Source: Casimicrobiaceae bacterium
GTDB taxonomy: Bacteria > Pseudomonadota > Gammaproteobacteria > Burkholderiales > Casimicrobiaceae
Reading direction: 5' to 3'
DNA length: 35,255 nt
Assembly (NCBI GenBank): GCA_039935875.1
Contig: JBDTJK010000286.1
Coordinates: 1 to 35,255 of the forward strand
A program made the position numbers and the translations under genes. The stretch's first letter is position 1. Every line of letters begins with the position of its first letter. Below the pieces are notes generated by a model that worked only from the letters and a program-made list of their open reading frames with translations, ran no database searches and had not been told where the DNA came from. Below, one piece after another: positions 1-8,718 of the stretch.

Positions 1-289
1 ACTTGCATTGCCGGCATTCAGGCGTGTACAGCGGGATCACGTGATCGCCCTTCTTCACGCTGGTCACGCCGGGACCGATATCGACGACGACGCCCGCTCC
101 TTCGTGCCCGAGTATCGCCGGGAACAGCCCCTCGGGATCGGCGCCGGAGCGCGTGAATTCGTCGGTATGGCAGATGCCGGTGGCCTTGATCTCGACCAGC
201 ACTTCGCCGGCGCGCGGACCGTCGAGCGTGACGGTCTCGATCACCAGCGCGGCGCCCGCCTTGTGTGCGACTGCTGCGCGTACTTCCAC
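1..289 (-). CDS. adhC: Class III alcohol dehydrogenase / S-(hydroxymethyl)glutathione dehydrogenase, 5' part (runs off window)
   Basis: Not in the ORF track. Manual translation from GTG at 289 (AGGAG RBS upstream) gives [12 protein letters not shown]...[33 protein letters not shown]...[16 protein letters not shown], with the CHTD and GHEGAG Zn-ADH motifs. Confidence 0.93.
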   Translation of the reverse strand, partial: MEVRAAVAHKAGAALVIETVTLDGPRAGEVLVEIKATGICHTDEFTRSGADPEGLFPAILGHEGAGVVVDIGPGVTSVKKGDHVIPLYTPECRQCK

Positions 290-483
290 CCTGCACTCCT
301 GGTTGACGCCGGTTGCGGCAACCCCGAATCTAGCAAACCGGTGCGCCCGCCCTCGCGAGGCGTGCAAGCAATCGGTGGCCTCGGGGAAGTCATCGTGGCG
401 GCCACGTCCACGCCGGGACTTGTGAAACGGGGGCCGCGCATCCACGTGGAGAGGACAATCGGCCTGTTTTCCGAAAGCACCTG

Positions 484-924
484 ATGAACGACAGCCTGCA
501 CATCGTCTGCCCCCATTGCGACACGACCAACCGCGTCCCGCAGGAGCGGCTCGGCGCCGCGCCGGTGTGCGGCAACTGCAAGCAGGCGCTGTTCGACGCG
601 CATCCGGCGGTTCTGACCGCCGCCAGTTTCGACGCTCACGTCACGCGCAACGACATTCCCGTCGTCGTCGATTTCTGGGCAGAGTGGTGCGGGCCGTGCA
701 AGATGATGGCGCCGCAGTTTGCCAAGGCGGCGGCCGAACTCGAGCCGCGGATGCGCTTCGCCAAGCTCGACACCGAGGCAGCCCAGGAAATCGCCGCGCG
801 CTATGCGATCCGCAGCATTCCAACGATGATCGTGTTTCGCCAGGGCAAGGAAGTGGCGCGCCAATCGGGTGCGATGGATTCGGCGTCGATCGTGCGTTGG
901 GTAACGCCGCTGGCGACGGGCTGA
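484..924 (+). CDS. trxC: Thioredoxin 2 (Zn-finger thioredoxin)
   Basis: N-terminal CPHC...CGNC Zn motif and WCGPC active site. Confidence 0.93.
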   Translation: MNDSLHIVCPHCDTTNRVPQERLGAAPVCGNCKQALFDAHPAVLTAASFDAHVTRNDIPVVVDFWAEWCGPCKMMAPQFAKAAAELEPRMRFAKLDTEAAQEIAARYAIRSIPTMIVFRQGKEVARQSGAMDSASIVRWVTPLATG

Positions 925-933
925 GCCGCCGCT

Positions 934-1527
934 TTACAGGTCGGCACCGACGTCGACATCGCGCAGCACGCCGGCATCGTCCACGTCGACTCGTCGGATC
1001 ACCGCTGCGTGCGCCGCGAGCAGGTCGCGCGCACCGCGGTCGCCGCGCAGTGCGATCAGCGCCGGTCCGTGGGCAGCCGCAAATGCCACGGGATTGCCGC
1101 GCTGCCCGCGGTGCCACGGCGCCGCGATCGACGCGCCGCCGCGCAATGCGTCGGCGAGCGCGCGAATCGTGGCTTGGCGCACCCAAGGCATGTCGCCCAG
1201 CGCCACCACCCAGCCATCGGCATCGGCGGTCGCGGCGATTGCGCAAGCGAGACTGTGTCCCATTCCGAGTCCCGCATCGGCGCAGGCTATGACGCGCGCG
1301 CCGGCGTCGCGCAACATCGCGTCCAGCGCAACGTCCGTCGTGCGAACGACGGCAATCGTCTCGGACAGCGCGTCGACCAGCTTGCGGCAGGTGACTACGC
1401 CCATCGGCACCCGACTCGCCTGCGGTGGCGCTGCGGCATCCCGCTCAGGCGCCAGCGGATGTCGCAGCTTGTCGCCGCCAAATCGGCTTCCGCTGCCGGC
1501 TGCCAGCAACACCCCGACGATATGCAT
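934..1527 (-). CDS. Nucleotidyltransferase, MocA-like (molybdenum cofactor cytidylyltransferase family)
   Basis: Start trimmed to MHIVGVLLAAGSGSRFGGDKL (LAAGxSxRFG motif). Also has GMGHSL, LGDMP, GNPV, GDRGAR and DVD motifs. Confidence 0.85.
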   Translation of the reverse strand: MHIVGVLLAAGSGSRFGGDKLRHPLAPERDAAAPPQASRVPMGVVTCRKLVDALSETIAVVRTTDVALDAMLRDAGARVIACADAGLGMGHSLACAIAATADADGWVVALGDMPWVRQATIRALADALRGGASIAAPWHRGQRGNPVAFAAAHGPALIALRGDRGARDLLAAHAAVIRRVDVDDAGVLRDVDVGADL

Positions 1528-1544
1528 GCGCGAGGTCGCGCCGC

Positions 1545-2714
1545 CTATTCGGCCAGCAGGCGGAACTTGCCACCCTTGACGGTGGCGAGTACGCGCGCTC
1601 GCTCGTCCATGCCGTTGTGGTTGGTGGGCGACATGTCGAACACGCCCTGGCAACCGACGACGCCATGCACGTTCTCCAGCGCGTCGCGCAACGCAACCCG
1701 AAACGCTTCGCTGCCCGGCTTCGCCGTGCGCAGCGCGACCGGAATCGCGCGCTCGAGCAACAATCCCGCATCCCAGGTGTTGGCGCCGAACGTCGCCGGA
1801 AGCGTGCCGAAACGCGCGCGATAAAGCGCGATATAGGCGCTGGCCACCTTCTTGGTGGGATTGGCATCGGGGATTTCGTCGATCACCAGCATCGGGCCCG
1901 CAGCGAGGATCGTGCCTTCGACCTTGTCCTTGCCGAGCTTGATGAAATCATCGGTCGCCACTGCATGCGTTTGGTAGATGCCCCCCTTGTAACCGCGATC
2001 GACCAGCGCCGCCTGCGGCAACACGGCAGGGCCGCCGACCGCCGCGATCAACACCGCGTCCGGATGCGTCGCCATCAGCTTCAGCGTCTGCCCGGTGACG
2101 CTCTGGTCGGTGCGCGCGTAACGCTCGGTGGCGGTGATGCGGATGCCAGCGCGGGTCGCAAGGTCTGCGAACACCTTGAACCAGTTTTCGCCGTACGCGT
2201 CGTTGAATCCGATCATAGCGACGCTGCCGACACCGGCCTTGTGCATCTGCGCCACCAGCGCTGCGGCGATAAGCTCGTCGTTCTGCGTGGTCTTGAATAC
2301 CCAGCGTTTCTTTGCGTCCAGCGGCTCGACGATTGCCGACGTGCCGACCGTGGCCATCATCGGCAGCTTGTTGTCGGCGATGATGTCGAGGATCGCGAAC
2401 GCGTTGGGTGTCGTCGACGGGCCGATCAGCGCGTCGATATGGTCCTCGGTGATCAATTTCCTGATGTTCTGCACCGCGCGCGTCGTGTCACCGCCGTCCT
2501 CCAGCGAAAAATACTCGACGCTCATGCCAGCGATTTTGCGCGGCAGGATTTCGCCGGTGTTCTTCTGCGGCAGGCCGATGGCCGATGTGGGACCGGTGGC
2601 CGACACCATCAGGCCGATCCTGATCTGCGCATTGGCCACAGCGGAAACCAAAGCGCATCCGGCAAGCAACGACAGCATCGCCGCGTGCCGCGCTTGATGA
2701 ATGAAAAATCGCAT
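1545..2714 (-). CDS. ABC transporter substrate-binding protein, branched-chain amino acid/aromatic (PBP1) family
   Basis: Signal peptide ending ANA-Q; IRIG..SATGP..IG, LIGPSTT, NDAYGE and GVFDMSPTNHNG motifs. No permease genes adjacent. Confidence 0.85.
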   Translation of the reverse strand: MRFFIHQARHAAMLSLLAGCALVSAVANAQIRIGLMVSATGPTSAIGLPQKNTGEILPRKIAGMSVEYFSLEDGGDTTRAVQNIRKLITEDHIDALIGPSTTPNAFAILDIIADNKLPMMATVGTSAIVEPLDAKKRWVFKTTQNDELIAAALVAQMHKAGVGSVAMIGFNDAYGENWFKVFADLATRAGIRITATERYARTDQSVTGQTLKLMATHPDAVLIAAVGGPAVLPQAALVDRGYKGGIYQTHAVATDDFIKLGKDKVEGTILAAGPMLVIDEIPDANPTKKVASAYIALYRARFGTLPATFGANTWDAGLLLERAIPVALRTAKPGSEAFRVALRDALENVHGVVGCQGVFDMSPTNHNGMDERARVLATVKGGKFRLLAE

Positions 2715-2813
2715 GATCGGGCCCTGCAGCGTTGGGATGCGCGAATCGTAGCAGGCGGCCGCCGCGAGATCGCAGCACCGCGGTCATTCCCGCGCAGCAC
2801 CGCCGTCAACAGC

Positions 2814-2949
2814 GAAGGCGATTCCCACCTTCCTTCGCTGGTCACCGATTCCTGCTGCGAGGACGCGCTGCAGGTGACCTGCGCGCCGAGCCATCCGCTG
2901 GCCACGCTGCAGTGTGTGACGCCGGAGGCGCTGACGCAGCACACCTACG
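2814..2949 (+). pseudogene. Probable remnant of a LysR-type regulator substrate-binding domain
   Basis: Frame reads EGDSHLPSLVTDSCCEDALQVTCAPSHPLATLQCVTPEALTQHTY, typical of the LysR 'ED.L.VV....HPLA....V....L..H.Y' segment. No HTH, start or C-terminus. Confidence 0.55.
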
Positions 2950-3093
2950 CCCATTCGCGCAATGGGCGCGGGCACGCGCGCTGGCACCCGCGGGGTGTGC
3001 AGCGACTGCGCGGCAACAAAACGATCACGATGATGTCACCGCTGGAGCCGGTCCGGGTTGATTCCCGTGCAATGGCCAGCCGCTCGGATGCGG

Positions 3094-3747
3094 TTACCAG
3101 CGAGCGAGCAGGCGGCGCTTCTCGATCCGGTGCGGGAACTCGGTGAGCGGACGATCGCCCTTGTCGATGCAGCGTCCGGTCTCGATGTCGAACGCCCACC
3201 CGTGCTTGGGGCAGGTGAGCCTGGATCCCTGCAGTGCGAAGTGAGGGATGTTGGTGACCTCGTGCGGGCAGCGGCTGTCATACACCTTGAGCGTGGAACC
3301 CTTGCGGAATACGAACAGGCTGCGACCATCGCAATCGAAATACGAAGTCTTGCCCGCTTTCACGGCGCTGATGGGTGCCACGTCGTGCCACTGCGCCCCC
3401 GCCGCATCCGTGTTCACCTCGCCGTCGGCGTCGGCACCGGCGAGCTGGAATTCGGGAAGGTCCATGCGCAGGATCACGTCGATCGCCCAGATGATTTTGG
3501 CCAGACCCAGCGCCGGAAAGGCCATCATCAGCGCGTCGAGCACCTCGTCGGCCGTGGCACCCTCGCGCAGCGCGCGCTTCAGGTACTGTCGCAGCCCGTT
3601 CTCGGTCTGTGCGTGCACCTTGGTGATCACCGAGATGAGGTTGCGCGTCTTCGGATCGAGGCGCGAACCGGCGTCCTTGAGAAACCTGAAATACGCGCCC
3701 ATTGCCTCCGGGCGGGCCTTGACAAGGTAGGACAGGGCGTCACTCAT
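3094..3747 (-). CDS. CMD/AhpD-like domain fused to a Rieske [2Fe-2S] domain
   Basis: N-terminal LDPKTRNLIS...ALREGATADEVLDAL (CMD-like) and C-terminal Rieske ligands CPHE...CPKHGW. Confidence 0.8.
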   Translation of the reverse strand: MSDALSYLVKARPEAMGAYFRFLKDAGSRLDPKTRNLISVITKVHAQTENGLRQYLKRALREGATADEVLDALMMAFPALGLAKIIWAIDVILRMDLPEFQLAGADADGEVNTDAAGAQWHDVAPISAVKAGKTSYFDCDGRSLFVFRKGSTLKVYDSRCPHEVTNIPHFALQGSRLTCPKHGWAFDIETGRCIDKGDRPLTEFPHRIEKRRLLARW

Positions 3748-3839
3748 GGCGCGGGGGCTCTCGGGGGCAAGCGCGGCGGGCGAGTCTTCCAGTATACAAA
3801 CGGCGCTCGCACGACAGCCGTATTATGATTCGACCTGTA

Positions 3840-3869
3840 CTACTCCTTAGGGGTAGGAGAACTACCCAT
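3840..3869. promoter_or_regulatory. Inverted repeat resembling a NarL-family operator in the divergent CMD-Rieske/tusA promoter region
   Basis: CTACTCCT-T-AGGGGTAG at 3840-3856 (8-1-8 with one mismatch) plus TACCCAT at 3863-3869. The heptamers match the NarL consensus TACYYMT, in a locally AT-rich stretch. Confidence 0.5.
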
Positions 3870-4041
3870 TTCGGCTATATACGCCTTCGGGTCGGTGGCG
3901 GCCTAATGGGACTTAGCCGGGCGTCGAGCGCCACTGCGAGGCTTGTGGTGGCGGTGGGTTCGTGGCGCGCACCGCGCCGGATATTTGTGCGGATCCGGCG
4001 CGGACGCGGGTCCGGCGATCGCAACCTTGGAGGTCACAATA

Positions 4042-4269
4042 GTGGATTTTGACAAGGAACTGGACGCGCGTGGGCTGTCCTGCCCGCTGCCGATCCTCAA
4101 GACCAAAAAAGCGCTGAACGACCTTTCCACCGGTCAGGTGCTGAAGGTGGTGGCGACGGATCCGGGGTCCGTCAAGGACATGCAGGCGTTCGCGACCCAG
4201 ACCGGTAATCCGTTGCTCGCGTCGGCGGAGGAGAACAAGACCTTCGTCTTCTTCATGCAGAAAAAGTAG
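4042..4269 (+). CDS. tusA: Sulfur carrier protein TusA
   Basis: GTG start at 4042 after GGAGG; MDFDKELDARGLSCPLPILKTKKAL...ATDPGS with the CPxP motif; 75 aa. Confidence 0.93.
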   Translation: MDFDKELDARGLSCPLPILKTKKALNDLSTGQVLKVVATDPGSVKDMQAFATQTGNPLLASAEENKTFVFFMQKK

Positions 4270-4354
4270 CCGGCAGGTAGCCGGTTCGCGCGCTCGCGCC
4301 AACCGTTCGCATGTGCATGTGTCAGCCTGAATGAGCCGAACGGAAAGGATACCC

Positions 4355-4993
4355 ATGGAAATGCAAGCCGAAAAGAGGGCTGTACTCCCGACCGACGCCG
4401 ATCTCGACCGCGCCATCGCCGAGCGCGTCGACGCGATACTCGACGAGCGGCTGGAGGCGAAGCTCGCGGCGCTCAAGGCGGCCAAGGTGCCGTCGATGAC
4501 CATCATCGCCACCAAGGGAACGCTGGACTGGGCATATCCGCCCTTCATCCTGGCGTCGACCGCCGCGGCACTCGGCTGGAACGTGTCGATGTTCTTCACG
4601 TTCTACGGGCTCGAGCTCCTCAAGAAGGACCTGTCCTCGTTGCGCGTGAGTCCGCTCGGCAATCCCGCGATGCCGATGAAGATGCCCTTCGGGCCGGAAT
4701 GGTTCAAGTCGATCGGCTGGAAGATCCCGAACGTCGTGCAGTCGAATGTCCCGGGATTCCAGAAGTTTTCCACCACGATGATGAAGCGGACGATCAGGAA
4801 CAACGGCGTGGCGGAAATTGCCGAGCTGCGCGAACTCTGCGTCGAGGCCGGCGTGAACCTGATCGGTTGCCAGATGACCGTCGACCTGTTCGGATACAAG
4901 CGCAAGGATTTCGTTGCCGACGTCACGGAATATGTCGGCGCCGCGAGTTTCCTGCCGATGGCGCGCGACGCCGATGTGAGTCTGTTCATTTAA
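4355..4993 (+). CDS. dsrE2: DsrE2-type sulfurtransferase (DsrE/F/H-like)
   Basis: TKGTLDWAYPPFILASTAAALG..FFTFYGL, PLGNPAMP, GCQMTVDLFG and GAASFL motifs; follows tusA. Start placed at the ATG after AAAGGA. Confidence 0.88.
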   Translation: MEMQAEKRAVLPTDADLDRAIAERVDAILDERLEAKLAALKAAKVPSMTIIATKGTLDWAYPPFILASTAAALGWNVSMFFTFYGLELLKKDLSSLRVSPLGNPAMPMKMPFGPEWFKSIGWKIPNVVQSNVPGFQKFSTTMMKRTIRNNGVAEIAELRELCVEAGVNLIGCQMTVDLFGYKRKDFVADVTEYVGAASFLPMARDADVSLFI

Positions 4994-5055
4994 GAGCGCG
5001 GTCCGGAGGACGGCGCAGTGCGCCGAAGTCAACGAGTTTTCCCTAGGGAGCTAAC

Positions 5056-6393
5056 GTGAAAACAAGAATGATTGTGGCGCTCGCTGCGATGGTGCCGTTC
5101 GCCGCACAGGCGACTGACGGCTATTTTGCCAATGGGTACGGCATGAAGTCGCTCGGCATGGGAGGTGCCGCCTCCGCCGTTGCGATGGAACCCTTTTCCG
5201 GCGCGGTGAATCCGGGGTCGGCGGCGTTCATGGACAATCAATGGCAAGTGGGAATGTCCTGGTTCTCGCCGCGCCGCAATGCATCGCGCTCGGATTCCGG
5301 GCCCGCCAGCATCGATGGCTATGCCGACAGTGGCAGCAATAATTTCTTCATTCCCGAAATCGGCATCAACTGGAAGTACAGTCCGAATATCGCGCTCGGC
5401 CTGACCGTTTACGGGAACGGCGGAATGAACACCGACTATCCCGGCGGGCAGATCACCGCGCAGAGCGCGTGCTCGCAGTTTCGCGGCGGGCAGGGCGCGC
5501 CGTACAACCTTTTATGCGGCAGCGGCAAACTCGGCGTCGATCTGATGCAGGTCATCTTCGCCCCGTACGCGTCGTGGCAGTTCACCAAGGGTCATTCGGT
5601 GGGCATCGCGCCGCTGATCGCCTACCAACGGTTCTCGGCCGACGGCCTGCAGGCGTTCGACAACCCGGGGTTTTCCTCCAGCCCCGGCAATGTGACCAAC
5701 AACGGCCACGACGACTCCTGGGGTGCCGGCGTGCGCATCGGCTACATGGGCCAGCTCACCGAGCAGTTCGCGGTGGCCGCCACGTATTCGACCAAGATCA
5801 GCATGGGCAATTTCGACAAGTACAAGGGATTGTTCGCACAAGGTGGCGGCTTCGACATTCCGTCGAGTTTCACCATCGGCACGGCATTGCGTCCGGTCAA
5901 GCCGCTGCTGGTCGCGGTCGATTACCAGCGCATCTTCTACGATGACGTGCCGTCGGTGAACAACCCGAGCGCGTCGATCGGGTACTGCCCGCCGCCGCCG
6001 ATGGGTGGCGGTCAACCGCAGTACTGCCTCGGCGCCGACAGTGGAGCGGGCTTCGGCTGGCAGAACGTCGACGTCTGGAAGATCGGCGTCCAGTACGACA
6101 TCAGCGACCAGTTGACGATTCGCGGCGGCTACAACCACACGGACAACCCGATCCGCTCGCAGGACGTGACCTTCAACATCATCGCGCCGGGGGTGGTCCA
6201 GAACCAGTGGACGGCGGGTGCGACGTGGCGCCTCGACAATGTCTCGGAGATCACCGGCGCGTTCATGTTCGCGCAAAACAAGTCGGTCACCGGCTCGAGC
6301 CTCCTGGTTGGATTCGGCCTGCCGCAGACGACGACCGAAACCATCGCGATGAAGCAATACCAGTTCGGGCTTGCCTACAACAGGAAGTTCTGA
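5056..6393 (+). CDS. Outer-membrane transporter, FadL/TodX/OmpP1 family
   Basis: Signal peptide (AQA-T), hatch TDGYF..GYG.KS.GMGG...NPG, YGNGGMNTDY, amphipathic beta strands and C-terminal Phe. Confidence 0.88.
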   Translation: MKTRMIVALAAMVPFAAQATDGYFANGYGMKSLGMGGAASAVAMEPFSGAVNPGSAAFMDNQWQVGMSWFSPRRNASRSDSGPASIDGYADSGSNNFFIPEIGINWKYSPNIALGLTVYGNGGMNTDYPGGQITAQSACSQFRGGQGAPYNLLCGSGKLGVDLMQVIFAPYASWQFTKGHSVGIAPLIAYQRFSADGLQAFDNPGFSSSPGNVTNNGHDDSWGAGVRIGYMGQLTEQFAVAATYSTKISMGNFDKYKGLFAQGGGFDIPSSFTIGTALRPVKPLLVAVDYQRIFYDDVPSVNNPSASIGYCPPPPMGGGQPQYCLGADSGAGFGWQNVDVWKIGVQYDISDQLTIRGGYNHTDNPIRSQDVTFNIIAPGVVQNQWTAGATWRLDNVSEITGAFMFAQNKSVTGSSLLVGFGLPQTTTETIAMKQYQFGLAYNRKF

Positions 6394-6399
6394 GGTTCG

Positions 6400-6441
6400 C
6401 CGACCCGCGTCGGACGCGGCGGGTGTCATCACGCCCGCCGC
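6400..6441 (+). promoter_or_regulatory. Tandem GC-rich hairpins between the FadL-like and SCP2 genes
   Basis: CCGAC-CCGC-GTCGG (6400-6413) and GCGGCGGGTGT-CATC-ACGCCCGCCGC (6416-6441). No U-tract follows, so more likely mRNA-stabilising than a terminator. Confidence 0.4.
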
Positions 6442-6457
6442 ATACTTGGGAGAATGT

Positions 6458-6976
6458 ATGCGCGCCAATGCGTTGATCGCCTCGCTGATCGCGATGGCGT
6501 TCGCCGGACCGGTTCTCGCCGCGCCGATGCTAATGTCGGGCGATTGGGCGAAGGACGCCTGCGATGCGTGGAACAAGGACCCCGTGCTTACCGACAAGCT
6601 GGTCGAAAGCGGCTGGGTCAAGAACGACAAGGGGCGCGGCTTCAAGGTCATGCAGGTCTACCGCTCCGACTGCGGCGACAAGCCCACTGCCGAAATGAGG
6701 ATTTCCCTCAAGGATGGCAAGGCGGCATGCGTCTACGGGGGAGCCATCGAAACCACGAAATTGGACGGCGACGCTGATTACGTCATGAAGGCCGAGTCGG
6801 CCCGCTGGGTCGAAATGGGCAAGGGTGAATATGGCCCGATGGCGGGAATGATGTTCAGACGCCTGGGCTTCGACGGACCGATGATGGAGGCGATGGGCAA
6901 CATGGGACCGTTCGAGAACTTCCTGCTGCTGGTCGGAAAGGTACCCTCCGACACGACCGCTTGTCCGCGCGATTGA
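6458..6976 (+). CDS. Exported SCP2 (sterol-carrier/lipid-binding)-like protein
   Basis: Start trimmed to MRANALIASLIAMAFAGPVLA (signal peptide). ADYVMKA...W..MGKGEYGPM.GMM..RL.FDGPMMEAM matches the SCP2 C-terminal pattern; four Cys. Confidence 0.72.
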   Translation: MRANALIASLIAMAFAGPVLAAPMLMSGDWAKDACDAWNKDPVLTDKLVESGWVKNDKGRGFKVMQVYRSDCGDKPTAEMRISLKDGKAACVYGGAIETTKLDGDADYVMKAESARWVEMGKGEYGPMAGMMFRRLGFDGPMMEAMGNMGPFENFLLLVGKVPSDTTACPRD

Positions 6977-7040
6977 GGCTGTCGCTGCGACGGCGGCATT
7001 GCGCAAGCTGATAACGCCTGCGTGATCGCGAAAGCGGCCG

Positions 7041-7433
7041 CTATCCAGGTTCGGGCGCGCCCTGCCAGAGCATGTCGTAGCTCAGTTCCTGGCTGTCGAT
7101 GCACATCTCGGCCAGCGCCGCGAATTTTTCGTTGAAGATTTTGTCCGCGTGCGAGCGTTCGTGCTGCTCGAACGAGCGCCAGTAGGTGACTATCGCGATA
7201 TGCGCGTCGGCGGGCTTGATCTCGCCCAGCGAGCCTTCGGGCGAGGCGAAGCCCGAGAACTTGAATACCTGTCCGCCGCAGAAACCGCCCTTCTCGTTCC
7301 CGTAGGTGTCCTTGACGACGTTGCACATCTCGCCGATGGCGAGTTCGACATCTTCCATTGCCACGTCCGGCTTGAGCTTGACGGTGTTGAACAGCATCTT
7401 GGCGCCGAAAGGGACGGCGAGCGCTTCGAACAT
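7041..7433 (-). CDS. Small dimeric alpha/beta-barrel protein resembling one domain of sulfur oxygenase reductase
   Basis: GGAGG RBS; motifs EMCNV, GGFCGGQ, TYWRSFEQHERSH and ELSY (see findings). The CDS is well supported; the function is inferred. Confidence 0.7.
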   Translation of the reverse strand: MFEALAVPFGAKMLFNTVKLKPDVAMEDVELAIGEMCNVVKDTYGNEKGGFCGGQVFKFSGFASPEGSLGEIKPADAHIAIVTYWRSFEQHERSHADKIFNEKFAALAEMCIDSQELSYDMLWQGAPEPG

Positions 7434-7659
7434 GTGGACCTCCGACGGCGTTGGGGAAAGGCCTATGATCGCGCCAAAATGGCGCTTTCACAAATCGCTC
7501 TCGCGTCCGGCAGGTCATCGAGCAGGCGTTTGGCAGCGAGGAGCGGCCCCGGGCAGGCCGAGCCTCGCATGTCGAGGGTTAGTTGAGGTTTTGGATACTT
7601 CGTCGTGACCATCAGACTTCGCCAGCGAAGATGTAGCCTGCTTATTATAAGCTTCCGCG

Positions 7660-8718
7660 ATGGGCAACGATCTTCGAAGACTCACCGTCGCGGTGCAGCG
7701 CAACTGCGACATCTCCGATGCCTGCTACGCGGGCGACTACGGGCTCTGCACGTTTCTGCTGAAGATGCGCGAGTACTATCGCTGGGAGCGTGGATTGCCG
7801 TTCAGCCACACCCTTTCCAGGGACGAACTGGGCGCATGGCTGGACACGCGCGAGCGCGCATGGAACGACCTCGAAGCCGAGGCATTCGCGCCGCTGCCAC
7901 TTGCCGGCGGAGCGCTCGATCCATTTGACGCGGATACCGCCAATCGGGAACTGCTGCCGCAGGGTTGCGTGTACAGCGCGGGCTATGGGCGCTTCCGCAA
8001 GCCGCTGTTCTTTCTTGGACGGCTGCTTCGGATCGAGGAGCGCGCAGGGCTGACCATCCTGATTTCTTCGCGCGAACTCGCGCGCGAGTTGGCCGCGCCG
8101 CCCGCAATGCTCCAGGGCCGCACTGTTTTCGTTCGCATGGAGTCGGTCCGCCGTTACCTCTGGGAAAAAATCGAGGAGTGGCAATTGCACAAACGGGCCA
8201 ATGCCATGGCACGAGCGCTTGCGAGCTACGATTTCGACGGCGACGCCGATGAAGCATTGCGGCGCATGGCCGACAACGAAGCGGAATCCATGATCCTGCA
8301 CGAGGTGGGCGAGGCAATGGCGGGCGAGCGCCTGGGCGTTGCGTGGCAGGAAATGACGACGGCGGCGGCGCGCACGCGCGGCGAGCCCGCATTGCGCGCG
8401 ATCCGCGACCTGCTCGCGGACTGCCTGTCGACACTGCCGGCACTCCTCGCGCGCGCCAACCCGGCGGCGTTGCATTTCCATTTTGCCTGCCTCGACGCGC
8501 CGCGGCGCCAGATGTTTCCGCAGGCGCTCGAAGCCTACGAGGAGTTTCTCCGCGATGGCACGACGCATCGGCTAGCGACGGTCGTGAACGAGGGCAGCGA
8601 ACGCTGGCTGGCGACGGCCGGAGAACTGCTCGCTCTCGACCCGGCCAGCCGGGAGTCGGCGTTGTACGCGCTGCTCGACAACTGCGAGGCGCAGGCGGGT
8701 ACGGCCGTCATTCGCTAG
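7660..8718 (+). CDS. dsrS: DsrS-like (Sfum_1244-type) conserved protein
   Basis: VQRNCDISDA...YGLCTFLLKMREYYRWE, YSAGYG, ILHEVGE and RAIRDLLADCL motifs, recognised from memory as the family found in Dsr-containing bacteria. Size (352 aa) fits DsrS; the symbol is tentative. Confidence 0.6.
   Translation: MGNDLRRLTVAVQRNCDISDACYAGDYGLCTFLLKMREYYRWERGLPFSHTLSRDELGAWLDTRERAWNDLEAEAFAPLPLAGGALDPFDADTANRELLPQGCVYSAGYGRFRKPLFFLGRLLRIEERAGLTILISSRELARELAAPPAMLQGRTVFVRMESVRRYLWEKIEEWQLHKRANAMARALASYDFDGDADEALRRMADNEAESMILHEVGEAMAGERLGVAWQEMTTAAARTRGEPALRAIRDLLADCLSTLPALLARANPAALHFHFACLDAPRRQMFPQALEAYEEFLRDGTTHRLATVVNEGSERWLATAGELLALDPASRESALYALLDNCEAQAGTAVIR

Noticed and set aside
1425-3146. 573-aa plus-strand ORF
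   Set aside because: Antisense shadow of the ABC binding-protein gene; only the short LysR-like patch near 2814-2949 looks protein-derived.
5040-5049. Palindrome TCCCTAGGGA before the FadL-like gene as an operator
   Set aside because: Short, overlaps the RBS and has different spacing from the tusA/dsrA motif; could be chance.
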